A stretch of DNA of 64,000 bases from the human T2T-CHM13v2.0 reference genome, Homo sapiens: assembly GCF_009914755.1 (NCBI RefSeq), contig NC_060927.1. One strand, written 5' to 3'. How positions within the stretch are numbered: position 1 is the first letter of the stretch; each line of letters opens with the position of its first letter. A model generated the notes under the pieces. It was not told where the DNA came from. It did not search any database and was given only the letters and a program-made list of their open reading frames with translations. The translations under genes and the position numbers were made by a program. Shown here one piece after another: positions 17,670 through 29,712 of this stretch.

Positions 17670-18150
17670 GTATTAATTTCCTATTGCAGTTGTAATGTAT
17701 TACCACAAATTTAGTGGCTTAAAATACTGAAAAGTTATTTTCTTACATTTCCACAGAGCAGAAGACACATCGAATGCATTCACAGGGTTATGGTCCTTTG
17801 GATTTAGAGAAGAATTCATTTCTTTTCTCTTCCTAGCTTCTAAAAGCCACCCATATTTCTTGGCCCCTGGATCCTTTCATCTTCAAAGCCAGCACTCCAA
17901 TCTCTAGTCATCTTCACATCTTCTTTTTTTGACCTTTACCCTGTTTCCACCCTATTATACCATGTGAATACATTGGGAACAAGGAGATAATCTAGAATAA
18001 TCTCTTTATCTCAAAATGTCTAGCTTCATTAAATCTACAAAGTATCTTTTTGCCATATAAGGTAAAATATCCACAGGTTCTGGTGATTAGGATGTGAACA
18101 TTTTTGTGATTGGGGATGGGGAAATATGTGGAATTATTCTGTCTACCACA
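17670..18150 (-). mobile_element. MaLR solo LTR (MLT1C/D-like)
   Basis: TGTATTAATTTCCTATTGC...TACCACAAATTTAGTGGCTTAAAA...GATTAGGATGTGAACAT...TCTACCACA. Confidence 0.85.
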
Positions 18151-18246
18151 GAGGCTAAATGATCAGACCAAATAAAAGAAAAATGCCCAGAGTCACACTG
18201 ACATTAACTGTGCAATGAATGCAGCTGCACACAAATCAGAACTATA

Positions 18247-18283
18247 TCTAATATTTGGATGATAGGCTCATCCAAATATTAGA
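18247..18283. repeat. perfect hairpin: 16-bp arms, 5-nt loop
   Basis: TCTAATATTTGGATGA-TAGGC-TCATCCAAATATTAGA. Confidence 0.95.
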
Positions 18284-20099
18284 AACAGGAACTGTTAGCC
18301 AGTATTAAATCTGTCTTTGTGTGAGATTCTTTCCCATGAGCTGAGAAAGGTATGCTTGGGTGCAAAAATCTCATGGCATGCAATTCTTGCCACATGCAGT
18401 ATGGCCATCTTTAGGAGGTGATTCCTCCTACACATGTCAGTGAGATTACAGCTGCTCACCTTTTGGTAGGATGTCTTGCATCTAGTTGGTGCTCAATAAA
18501 TATTTCACTGTGATTTCAATAAAGAGAATGACTATATTACTATTGATGCCAATTAAATGGTCCCTAGTGATCTTCAGAAGACATGAGGCTGTCCTAAGCA
18601 CCTGCTTTACTCTTAGGGGCCATTTGGGTTGAAAATATGGCAAATTAATAATATTCAATCAAGCACCGAGGTATTTTACAAAAATCAATGTTGTCAATGT
18701 GTGATTGAATTTAATTCATTATTTGAAAAAAATATTTTTTTTCTTACAAACCATCACTTTCTTCCTACTCTTCTTGCCCCCAGATCATTTTTAAACTATG
18801 GATACTGATTCTAGAGAGGATAAGAGCTAATTATTAACTCCCCTTTAACTTACAAGTTTATACTCAGCAAATCTTAATACTTGGAGTCTCTTAAAACAAA
18901 CAGGCTTTCACAGTCACCATTTCAATTAAGCTAACCTGACCAATTTAGGACTTATAAACACATTAGCTCCACAAATTAAGGTTTCTATTCCTGTGAGTCT
19001 TTACTGAGTTGATTTATTCAGCTGGTTTTGGAGAATAGTTGTCTGTCAGTTAGTGTTCTTTAAATACATGTTTATCCTGGAGAATTTTATCTCAGAAGCC
19101 TTCAAATATGTAATTACTTATTTTCTTTTCAGAAATACAAAGCATCTAATCACTTTTTACTTTTAATACAATATATATATTACTGCCCTAGTTTTTGCAA
19201 TGACAGATCTTTAAATTCACTATTAACTATTTACATCTTTGTAATCCTCAAAATTAGTGACATAAATATTTCCAAATTACTAGAACACAGCTGTTTTAAA
19301 GAATATATTTTTTTCTCCTCTGTCTGTTCTTGGTTAACCAAGGATAATGACTACAATGACTGCATCTTATGTAATTAAGCAGGTCACTGGTGAATTTAAA
19401 TTGAGGACAATATTGAACTTAAGGGGTCATTTTTCTAACAGTCAATAAAAGAGCAGGCTTTTTGTTGTTGTTACTTTGGGCTCATTATGATTGAGAAACC
19501 CATTATAATTGCAAAAAATGTCATGTAAAATAGTAGCAAACAGAGTTTTCTCTCTTACTCTTGGAGACTACTTAAGAACTTGTGGTTTGTAGGAGAGTTT
19601 TCTAAGCAATCATGAGAGCTTCTTACACATTAAGGAAGGAAATGGCTTTCATATGCTACACCTGCAATTTCATGAAAATTGGGCAATCTTTAAAAAACTA
19701 TAGAACTACAATACTGCAGATGGTTTTAAAAACTCACTTTGATCATTGTCTCTTACCCTTTGACTTCAACTTGCATTACTTCTAAATAAAACTAGAGAGG
19801 CAGAAGTGCTGTCATATTTAGAGATCTTCAGAGGACATTTCAGTCTTCTGGAGTCCATCCCAGCGCCTAACAGGCCTCATAATCTTCCTAAGGAATTAAT
19901 TTCCTCTGGTTTTGCTACAGTGGAATTAGAGAACAGTGTATTAACATAACACTATAGTGAATTTCTCCAACTCAAATAATTAAATTAGACCTTTATTTAC
20001 CCAGCTAAAACTAAGTAACATCCTGCTTTTTCTGTCTCTTTAAACTAGATATTTTAGAAAATCTTTGAAGAAAAACAATGGCTTTAGGTTTTTGCAATC

Positions 20100-20510
20100 T
20101 CTTTGAATATTCTTATTTTGTAATTTTGCTGTGTTAGTTCATCTCCTTCTCAATGTATTTGAAACTCACATCATCACTTCTTCCAAATTAACTCCCTCTC
20201 CTAAATTTCCTATTAACTTTCATAATACTATCATCTTTCATATACACAGGGTCAAACTTTCATGGATATGGACACTGGTTTTTTTTTTTTGTCCCATCCT
20301 ATAGTTCAATCAGTGTCCAAGAGCCTCATATATTTAATTATTATATTATTATATAATTAATTAAGTCATATATTTTCCTTTATTTAGCATCATATATTAC
20401 TTTCACTCAGGAGCTGTCTTTAGGATTATGTTGCTTTTTATTGCCATAGTCTCTTAACTAACATACCTTTTTGTCTCTTTTTCCTCATTGTTCATTCATC
20501 TCCAGGAGAT
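20100..20510 (+). mobile_element. L2 fragment; probably continues at about 21460-21965, ending GGTGCTCAGTAAATATTT
   Basis: L2-like pyrimidine-rich text and an L2 3' terminus motif. Confidence 0.5.
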
Positions 20511-20511
20511 T

Positions 20512-20770
20512 AATTGGGCGCAGTGGCTCAAGCCGGTAATCCCAACACTTTGGGAGGCTGAGCAGGTGGTCCACTTGAGAACAGGGGTTTGAAACCAGCC
20601 TGGCCAACATGGTGAAACCCCGTCTCTACTAAAAATACAAAAATCAGCTGGGTGTGGTGTCATGCACCTGTAATTCCAGCTACTTGGGAGGCTAAGGTGG
20701 AAGAATAGCTTGAACCCAGGAGGCTTGCTCCAGCCTGGGTGACAGAGTGAGATTCCATCTCAAAAAACAA
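20512..20770 (+). mobile_element. Alu (J/Sx-like) with an approximately 30-bp right-arm deletion
   Basis: GAACCCAGGAGGC-TTGC-TCCAGCC lacks the AGTGAGCCGAGATC segment. Confidence 0.92.
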
Positions 20771-20915
20771 ATGAAATAAAATAAAATAAAATAAAATAAA
20801 ATAAAATAAAATAAAATAAAATAAAATAAAATAAAATAAAATAAAATAAAATAAAATAAAATAAAATAAAATAAAATAAAATAAAATAAAATAAAATGAA
20901 ATGAAATAAAATAAA
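20771..20915 (+). repeat. pentanucleotide array ATGAA(ATAAA)24(ATGAA)2(ATAAA)2 in an Alu tail
   Basis: units counted directly. Confidence 0.97.
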
Positions 20916-20944
20916 GCACAGCTAAGAACATACATAGGAGACAC

Positions 20945-21450
20945 TTGTAAAATTAATTCTCAAGGCCTTTTGAACATATTTCTTATGTTTAAGGATTTTT
21001 CTACCTGTAAATACCAGCTTCCCAAAATAGAGCCAGGAAATTGCTTTTCCAGACTCCTGTGCAGCCAGGGCATAGACAGGTGACCCAGAATCCACTAATA
21101 AGATTTCCAGGTATAACATTTTGATTCAAAAGTAAGAAAAGTCTGATTCGGACAAGAATGCAGTTAAGAAGGTAATGGAGGCACTTGGGTTTGGGGGCAG
21201 CAATGACAGCCAGGGAGGTTTTCTGGAACATAACTGGCACACATGTATGAATAGCAGTGGTCATAGTTATGCTGATTTCTTGGTCCAGAAAGGGTAACCA
21301 TACAAAAACTGGTAGTGCTAGTTTTCTTGTAGACCTCTTCTACAGCACATTCTGGTTTGTTCCCAGAAGTCTACCCAGAGATTCATAATTTAGGGTCCTA
21401 CACAATTCTGAGCTATATAACAAATTTTTTTATAATAACATTTCTTACAG
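20945..21450 (+). mobile_element. old ERVL LTR (LTR33-like)
   Basis: TTCCAGACTCCTGTGCAGCCAGGGC...GGTGACCCAG...CCACTAATAAGAT. Confidence 0.5.
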
Positions 21451-22199
21451 TTTGTAAGAAAGAATCTAGAGTAATATCGCATGTAGCTCCCTGCTTCAGA
21501 ATATTTTATATCTTTATATCCAAAAAAACTTCTAACTTCTAATATTTTCCAAATTCTGGCCTCAAAATCTCACTTAAGTAATTGATCTCTCTACTACTTC
21601 ATTGAAATTATACATGCCAGTGAGATTGTTCTAATCACAGTTCTTTGAAATTAATCTCACATATCTACTTTTGCTTTTTGCTTTTTTGTTTTTGCCACTC
21701 TTCCTACATTTCTTCAAAAAACCCATTATGTTTCCTTTAATGACTAACTGAAATCCCACCATCTGATTTTTTTTCTGAAAAATAGAAATAAAAGTTTCAT
21801 TAGCACCACTTTGTTAATACTAACTTTTCTTTATAGGTTTTTGTGTCGCTGATACAAATACCACATATTCTCTTAAAGTACAGATAAATTATCTAATTCA
21901 TCCCAGTAGGCTATTCCTACTATACCCCCAATAGAACATAGCCAGGTGCTCAGTAAATATTTTGCACAAGGAAATTAGGTAGTGCCTCACCCCTCGTGAG
22001 GCTTTATTTAATTGGAAGATTAGCTTGCAGGATTTATTAGCATCTTGTATGTTTACTCAGCCTTCTGGAAGGGAGTTACTCAAACAGTAGCTAGATCTAA
22101 ATTTAAGTTAGATGCTACGCATTATTGCTAATTTATGATGAGACAATCATCTGAATAATATCAAATTTGGTCTATCATGATTCCCAATTCATTATCAAT

Positions 22200-22580
22200 C
22201 AACTTATATTTGTTATATTTAGGTGACATTAGGCATTGGAACTAATCCCAGTGGCTTAACATAACAAGTGCTTATTTCTCACTCACATATTATCCATTGT
22301 CAGTGGCCAGAGTTTTCCTCCATGTGGTGAACATATAGGGACCTATAACTCTCCAATTTAATGTTGCTGTCTTAACACTTGGTTCCCAATACAGAAAACT
22401 GTAGGAATACAGCAGACATAGAAACCTTAAGCTATCTTGGGCCACAAATGGCATATGTCGCTTTTGTTCACAGTGCATTGATTATAACTAGTCATATGAA
22501 CTTCATATAACATCATGAGAGAATGAGACATGCACGAGAAAGCATGGGATATATGATGAGTACTGTGTCTTTATAGCACA
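22200..22580 (-). mobile_element. MaLR LTR (MLT1J/I-like)
   Basis: CAGTGGCTTAACATAACAAG...TTATTTCTCACTCACAT...AACTAGTCATATG. Confidence 0.65.
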
Positions 22581-23804
22581 CAATTTAAAATTAGTGTGTT
22601 ATGGCACACAGTCTAAAATTAATGTGCTTAATTTTCTCTATTTATAATTTGAACAATGCCACCAACTAAACTTATTTTTCATTAATTCCCAGAAAGATGT
22701 CTTCGTTCTTTTTCTGTCTCCATACTTCTCCCATAAACTCACTATGCTACTTTTGCTCATTTCATATTTAATTCTTACCAGCTACTAATATTCTTATCCA
22801 AAGCTATCCGCCTTCCATCCATGGTCTGTTTAAATCTGAAATGTACCTAACCCACAATCAGTTTTATTACATTTATGAGGCATCTCGAGATACTTTGGAC
22901 TTACCTGTGTACCTTTCACAGATTTCTATAGCACTTAAGCCACAAAATATAAAGCTATAATATCTAATCATTACATATAAATACCAAGTACAAAGTATAA
23001 TTTAGTCCTAAGGGATTAAATATGGTTATATGTAATATTGTGTAGATGACAAATCATAAAAAACTTAATAAATGATACCAATATTACTTACCTTTGGTGA
23101 TGAGAAAATTGACACAAGTAACTTGGCTATATTGTATTATGCTATAAAAATTTGTGAAAAGAAAGTTTTAATCCTTGTGTGTGTGAAGGCAGGAAGGGGA
23201 AATCCGAAATCAATAGAGAAATGAACACAGGAGTGAAATGCAACTTCCAGTTGTAAACTTGATACCAGGTAGAGACAAGATGTACTGACACAAGCAGGCT
23301 ACCTGACACTGCCTGCAAGTTTTGTTAAGTACATCTGCTCATAACAGCCAGAGTTGAGAAAACATAGGTCTTTGTTTCTTTCAGGAACAGGCTAGTTATT
23401 GCAAAGAAGAGGAGAAGGACTGTAACCTGAGAATAAGCTGCTCCAGAAAAAAAAAAAAAAAAACAAAAAACTATAAAGAATTGAGCCACAGAGATCAATC
23501 TACTTATCTCTATATGACCAATTTATCAGTTAAATCATTTTTCCTTTTACGAGCACTCAGTAAGGGGTTGAGGAAATAAAGGTCCTCTCCAAAACCTTTA
23601 CTCTAGGAGAGAATTTCCCTCCTCACCAGATAAACAGGAAGGTAAGGAATGAATATTTCCTTTTTCAAACGAAGGCATCACAACAGGGTGGAATTGGAGT
23701 TGCTCTATGAAAAAAAGCTGAAGTATGCATAGCCTGCCTGATCACTGGTGTAGAGTCAAAGAAATAAAGTTTGAACTTGAACAGCAATGCTTCCTTGGAA
23801 TATT

Positions 23805-23915
23805 CTCTCCATGAGGGTAAGTTCTTTGTCTTGTTTTCTCCACGTAAGTCTCTACTACCAAGAATTGTAACTTGCATATACTAGGCACTCGGTAAATAGG
23901 TTTTGAATGAAAGAA
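23805..23915 (+). mobile_element. L2 3' end
   Basis: CCATGAGGG...TTTGTCTTGTT...TAGGCACTCGGTAAATAG...TGAATGAA. Confidence 0.7.
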
Positions 23916-24702
23916 GGTAGCAGCCAGCTTGTAAGGATCTTACATTTGAAAATTTAAACATATAATTTTATTTTATAGAGATGCAGTACTAATTTTCAAG
24001 CGGGTTCTGACATGAACAAAATGCCATTTAAGGAACATTAATCAGGAGTCCATTATGCAATGGGTTGTATTACCAAAAGTCTAGTGGGAGGGAATTCAAT
24101 TAGCAGATAATTGCAATAGCCTTAGGATGATCTGATGGTGGCATTGATTAAAGTAGAAGAGGGTGGGCCTCAAAGAGTAAAGGACAGTTATGTAAAACCC
24201 CATGGAGGAAAACCGTCATGCTTTGATAAATGATTTGAAGAGGGGTGTGTGGGAGGAATGAGAGAAAGATCAACTAACTTATCATTAATTGAGCACTTGT
24301 CCTGATGGAGGACACTTGGAGGAGTAAATTGAAATGTGTGACATAATTATTGTTCTTTTAGTGGAAACACTATGTTCATAGGGAAAAATCTCATAGAAAA
24401 TAAATGATGCCAGGCCTGGATTTGGGGAGCAACTGGTATATCTGTGCAGACAGAGTAGCTACAAAAGTGAAAACAAATTCAGGCAAAATGTGTTCTGTAA
24501 CTAAGAAACTAGAAGACAAAATAAATAATTTAGGATATTTTATTTTGAATGAAATAGACTCAGATTTTCACATGGTTTTGAGAGTCTTATGATCTACTCT
24601 GAAAACATGTATCAATAAGTATCATGTGTCAATTTTGTGTTTGGAATTTATTTCAACCACTGTAACATTCTTTATAAAATATAAATTTGAAATAATCATA
24701 TT

Positions 24703-25252
<550 letters not shown>

Positions 25253-25477
25253 AATATAAGAATGGCAGGTATAGAGGAAATGGCAGGTATAGAAAGATGC
25301 CTGACTCATGGCTGAAATCCAGTTCACATCAGAGAAGGCAAAGCTATGTCTCACTGGATGTCAAAGAAGTCACTGAGGGGTGGCACCAATAGTATTCACT
25401 GTAAACTGACTTTGGAGTTAAGGGAAGCTGTCCATAGGGAGGTGCTTAGATGGTGACATTGCACACAAAAGTCATTT

Positions 25478-25805
25478 GCTATGGTCTGAATGTGTCCCCC
25501 AAAATTCATATGTTGAAACTTAATTGCCAATGTGATAGTATTAAGAGGTGGGGCCTTCATGATGTGATTAAGTCATAGGGCAGAGCTCTCATGGGTAGAA
25601 ATAGGGCCTTTATAGAAGGGCTCAAGGGAGTTTGTTCAATCCTTTCTGTCTCTTCTACCGTGTGAGGATATGGCATTTGTCCCCTCCAGAGGATGTAGCA
25701 ACAAGGCAGACAGCAGCCCTCACCAGACACCAAACTTATTGGCATTTTGGTCTTGGACTCCCCAGCCTTAGGAAGTGTGAGAGATAAATTTCTATTGTTT
25801 ATTTA
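25478..25805 (+). mobile_element. MaLR LTR (MSTC/D-like), 3'-truncated
   Basis: TGCTATGGTCTGAATGTGTCCCCCAAAATTCATATGTTGAAACTTAAT...CCCTCACCAGACACC. Confidence 0.87.
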
Positions 25806-27009
25806 AAAATAATAATGATATTAATGTATGCCAATTTGATGACATAAATATGAAATTTATATTTTAAGGTATAGAATAAAAACAACTAACTGTGAATATT
25901 TACATGGAATTATAAACTTGCAAAAAATCTAAATAATAGTAGTCCAGTAATGGAACTCTGGGTACATTATAGAAGTTTTACTTTTGATTAATTAGGTAAA
26001 TTAAATTGATCTATGAACCTTCCTTTTTGAGGTCTCTAGCAGGAGTCATTACATGTGTTAAACAAGATGGCACTGAGAGATTTTTATACTCAGAGTGAAT
26101 TTGCTTTTAGGACCATCTCAGTCTTTCTACACGTGACAACGGAGAGTGCTTCTCATAAAGCTGACTGAAATTTCATAAATACTGTGATGTCTCACGTTAG
26201 ACATGGCCAAAGCAAGAAAGGAGATATTCAGCACATTCAATGTCATGCTGCTCTAAATATATATGCCCTATGGCTTCTTGTATACACTATACATACATGT
26301 ATATAGGCCAAGGGCATTTGACAGCTGCTTTTCAAAGCTGCAGAGCAGGAGTGCTTACTTTAGAATAGCCAACAGATTCCAATGACATCTGGGTTTCAGT
26401 CTATTTTCAGTGAAGAATTGAGGGTTGGTGACAGAGTGGGTAGAGGATATGTTCCTCTCTTCTGTGATCTGAAGAATACATATGCACACAGCCTCTGTGC
26501 TTAAAGGTAGAAAAATAGGTTGAATTTTTATAATTTTAAAATTAGACTTAATTAAATGAAATGTTATAAATTTAAATTGGGTATATGGTAAGATTTCTCA
26601 TTATTTATATTGAGCAAAAGTAGTGTCTTGTTGTTTCATTATTGTCATTTTAATTATTTTATAATTATGTTGTTAAACAAATATAAATCATTGATTTAAA
26701 ATCCAACAGCATACATAAATTAAAAATAAAATTTTGAGCAGAACTGTATTAATTACAATCACTGCTTTTACATTAGTTTCCAAGTTATTTCTGGATATGC
26801 CAGGGCTATTTCTAGAAAAATTGTAAGAGTCATTCTATGAGATGTTCTTCACTACTGCTTAGAGTGCACTTGGGGCTGTAAACCTCTACTATCCACAAGT
26901 CTCTCCTTTTCCTTTTATCGCATCATATCAAGGCCTTTTTCTCCTGTGTGTCATGAAATAAAATAATCAGATTACTAATTTTATCTCGAGGTAGTTCTAA
27001 ATTTCAAGA

Positions 27010-27500
27010 AAATCCCTTGAGAAACACCAAAGTCATCTTTGATGTCTCCCATTCCTTGAGCACCTAGTTCATTTACCCAGTTTCATAATTTACCAATGAA
27101 ATGCCTCAGGTATCTATCCAATCACTTTTTATTCTTATTTCCCATTTCTAATATTGTTACACTTGAGTGGACCAATGTTGCTTCTCACTTATTTTTTTTA
27201 GCTGTAATCAGTTCCTAATCAGTTATTCAACCACTATCTCTCCTGAATTCAGCTGGGAGAGCTCTCACTCCAAATACTGCTTGGTGCTGGGTTATGTTAT
27301 TTCCTGCTCAGAAATCTTTCCTATTGCCTAGCAAATTGAAAATATTCAACTATTAAGGCATTTAAAGCACTTTAAAATATGCTCTCAATCAGCTTAGGTA
27401 CTCTTATCTCTGACTACTTACCTAAACAGTTCCTAAGCCTTGATCAAATTGGCCAGCTTACTGCATTTTATCTTCATATCCCCCACAGCTTTGGATGGTA
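27010..27500 (+). mobile_element. L2 fragment
   Basis: AGTCATCTTTGA...CCTGCTCAGAAATCTTTC L2-like text. Confidence 0.5.
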
Positions 27501-28984
27501 TACTCATTTGGACAGAAGGTTTCAAAAGAAAGAAGGTAAAGCCCCCATATTAAAAATAACATCTACTCTATTAATATGAAAATATAAGCACAGATAAAAA
27601 TGTTCTCTCTTAGCATTGTCATTTTTTTATGAGAAGAGTTTTATAAAAGTAAGAGTCATATTAGACATATTTGAAATGTGCTAAGTATTATTTTTGCCTA
27701 GGGAAGTAAAGAAACAATATTTGATAGAAAAGGTGATATTTAATATTGGTGTTAAAGAATGTATAAAAATTTATCAGGTAAAATTGGAAGATCAGGAGAA
27801 TGAAGGAATATTTCAGGTTTGGGGGTATGATATGAACAAAAGCAAAATTATTTTAAGTGTAGTTTGTGTTTGGGGAATAATATTGACATTGTCATGTGTC
27901 ATGTTTCCCAAAATACGTTTCCAAAAATATCAGTCCTGTAAGAGACCCTTCAAGAAAAATTAAGGGCCTAGTAAGATGCATGCCCAGTTTAAGTTGTGAA
28001 ATTCAACACCTTCTGTATTTTTTTCTTGGGACTAACAGTGAGCTAACATAGTAAAGGGTCTGATAGATCTATAATTTACTTTTCTTTAATGTCTCAAAAA
28101 TTTTGCAAACATTTTACCTCCCCTTTTAAACATGGGAGCTTTTAATACTGCTTTGAATTAATGTTATGTAAAAACTGCTTTGGGGTATAAAACTGAACAC
28201 ACAAAAATTTTGGAGCTTTTTGCATTAAGGCAATTGTAGAAGCATTATGAAAATGATTCTAAATAACAAGGGCAAATTTTATACAACCTAAAACACTTGG
28301 TAGGAGTACATACATAGTGTAGGCCTATATAAAGTGTTATAGATTAAGAACATAGAAATTTCTCATTTACTTTTGTTTAATTTTTAGAGAAAATTTGGCA
28401 TGTTTTCCATTATAGAAGGGAATGGGTTGGGGGTAAGGGACAGTTGGAGGTGGGAGGTACTAGTAACTGTGAATATAATAAGTCTGCTGGTAACATTTTA
28501 CATTAAAAAAAAGAGAGAGAATTACCAGCATCCTTATTGCAAAAGAGCAGAGAGTAGTTTGTCACTGCATTGTTTAAATTGCCCAGCTGTGTATCAGTGA
28601 GTACAGAAGGGCTGAATTGGGGAATAGTGTATTATCCTGCATTCCACGGGTTAAGGATTCACTTGGAATTTATCCCCTTCTACCACTCAGTTAGCATTAA
28701 ATAGATTTTGAAATTCTCCCAAATTATCTTCCCCCTTTTAGAGACAGGTATCATTCAGAAAAATTTTGTTTGACTTTGACATACAGATGTTATCTGTGTT
28801 CTAGAGCAATTCATCCAACATCTGCACTAATTCCTTAGCTGGGAAACATGGGTAATTTCAGTAACTACCTCTGTGGAACATAATCATTCAACACATATAA
28901 ATTATGTTGTTGATCACAATCACAATGGTGATGATGCTGCTAAAGTCATGCTAAGTGAATAGGATTTATACTTTTTACTATTAA

Positions 28985-29355
28985 TAGTAATAGTGTTTGG
29001 ATTTTAAAAAACACATTATTAGAGCAGCAAAATTGAGAAGAAGATATGTAGATATCCTATATGCTCCTGTCCCCAACACTTGCACAGCCTCCCGAAATAT
29101 CAACATGACCCCGCCCCCCCGCCAGATTGCTACATTTGTTACAATTGATGAACCTACACTGACACATCATAACCACCCGAAGTTCATAGTTTGCATTAGC
29201 ATTCACTGTTGGTGTTGTATGTTCCATAGATTTTGACTCAGTTTGAAAGTATACAGTGACATGTATCAACCATTATAGTATTATACAGTTTTTTTTGATG
29301 CCCTAAAATTCCTCTGTGTTCCACCTATTCATTTCTCCACACCTTCACCCCCATT
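28985..29355 (-). mobile_element. L1MC-like 3'UTR fragment
   Basis: TACATTTGTTACAATTGATGAACCTACACTGACACATCAT...CCCTAAAATTCCTCTGTG. Confidence 0.85.
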
Positions 29356-29632
29356 TGTAAATTTTTATATTCTTAATTGTTTGACTTGAGCTATAGTTCT
29401 CACATGAGAGCCACTTGATCTGTTTAAAGTACTCAACTTTAATCTGTGGAATTACATATATTAACTATTTGTGAAAAAGAGCTTTAAACATAATTCTGTT
29501 AATTATAAATGTTACTTAGCAAGATTATTTGGTGTCTTTAACTTGTCTGGGTATAATTCCTATGTGCATCTTCAGTTGAAATCATTGTGTAATGAATGGA
29601 TTTTCCTTGAAATTTGTTTCATGTTTCAACCC

Positions 29633-29712
29633 AGAAGAGAGAGAGGAGAAAAGAAGAAAAGAAAAGAAAAGAAAAGAAAGAAAAGAAAAGAGAAATGAAA
29701 AAAAAAATAGGA
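29633..29712 (+). repeat. (GAAAA)n polypurine tract
   Basis: seen directly. Confidence 0.9.

Noticed and set aside
20660-20944. ORFs with repeating FYFIL peptide
   Set aside because: Translation of the (TTTTA)n microsatellite and antisense Alu.
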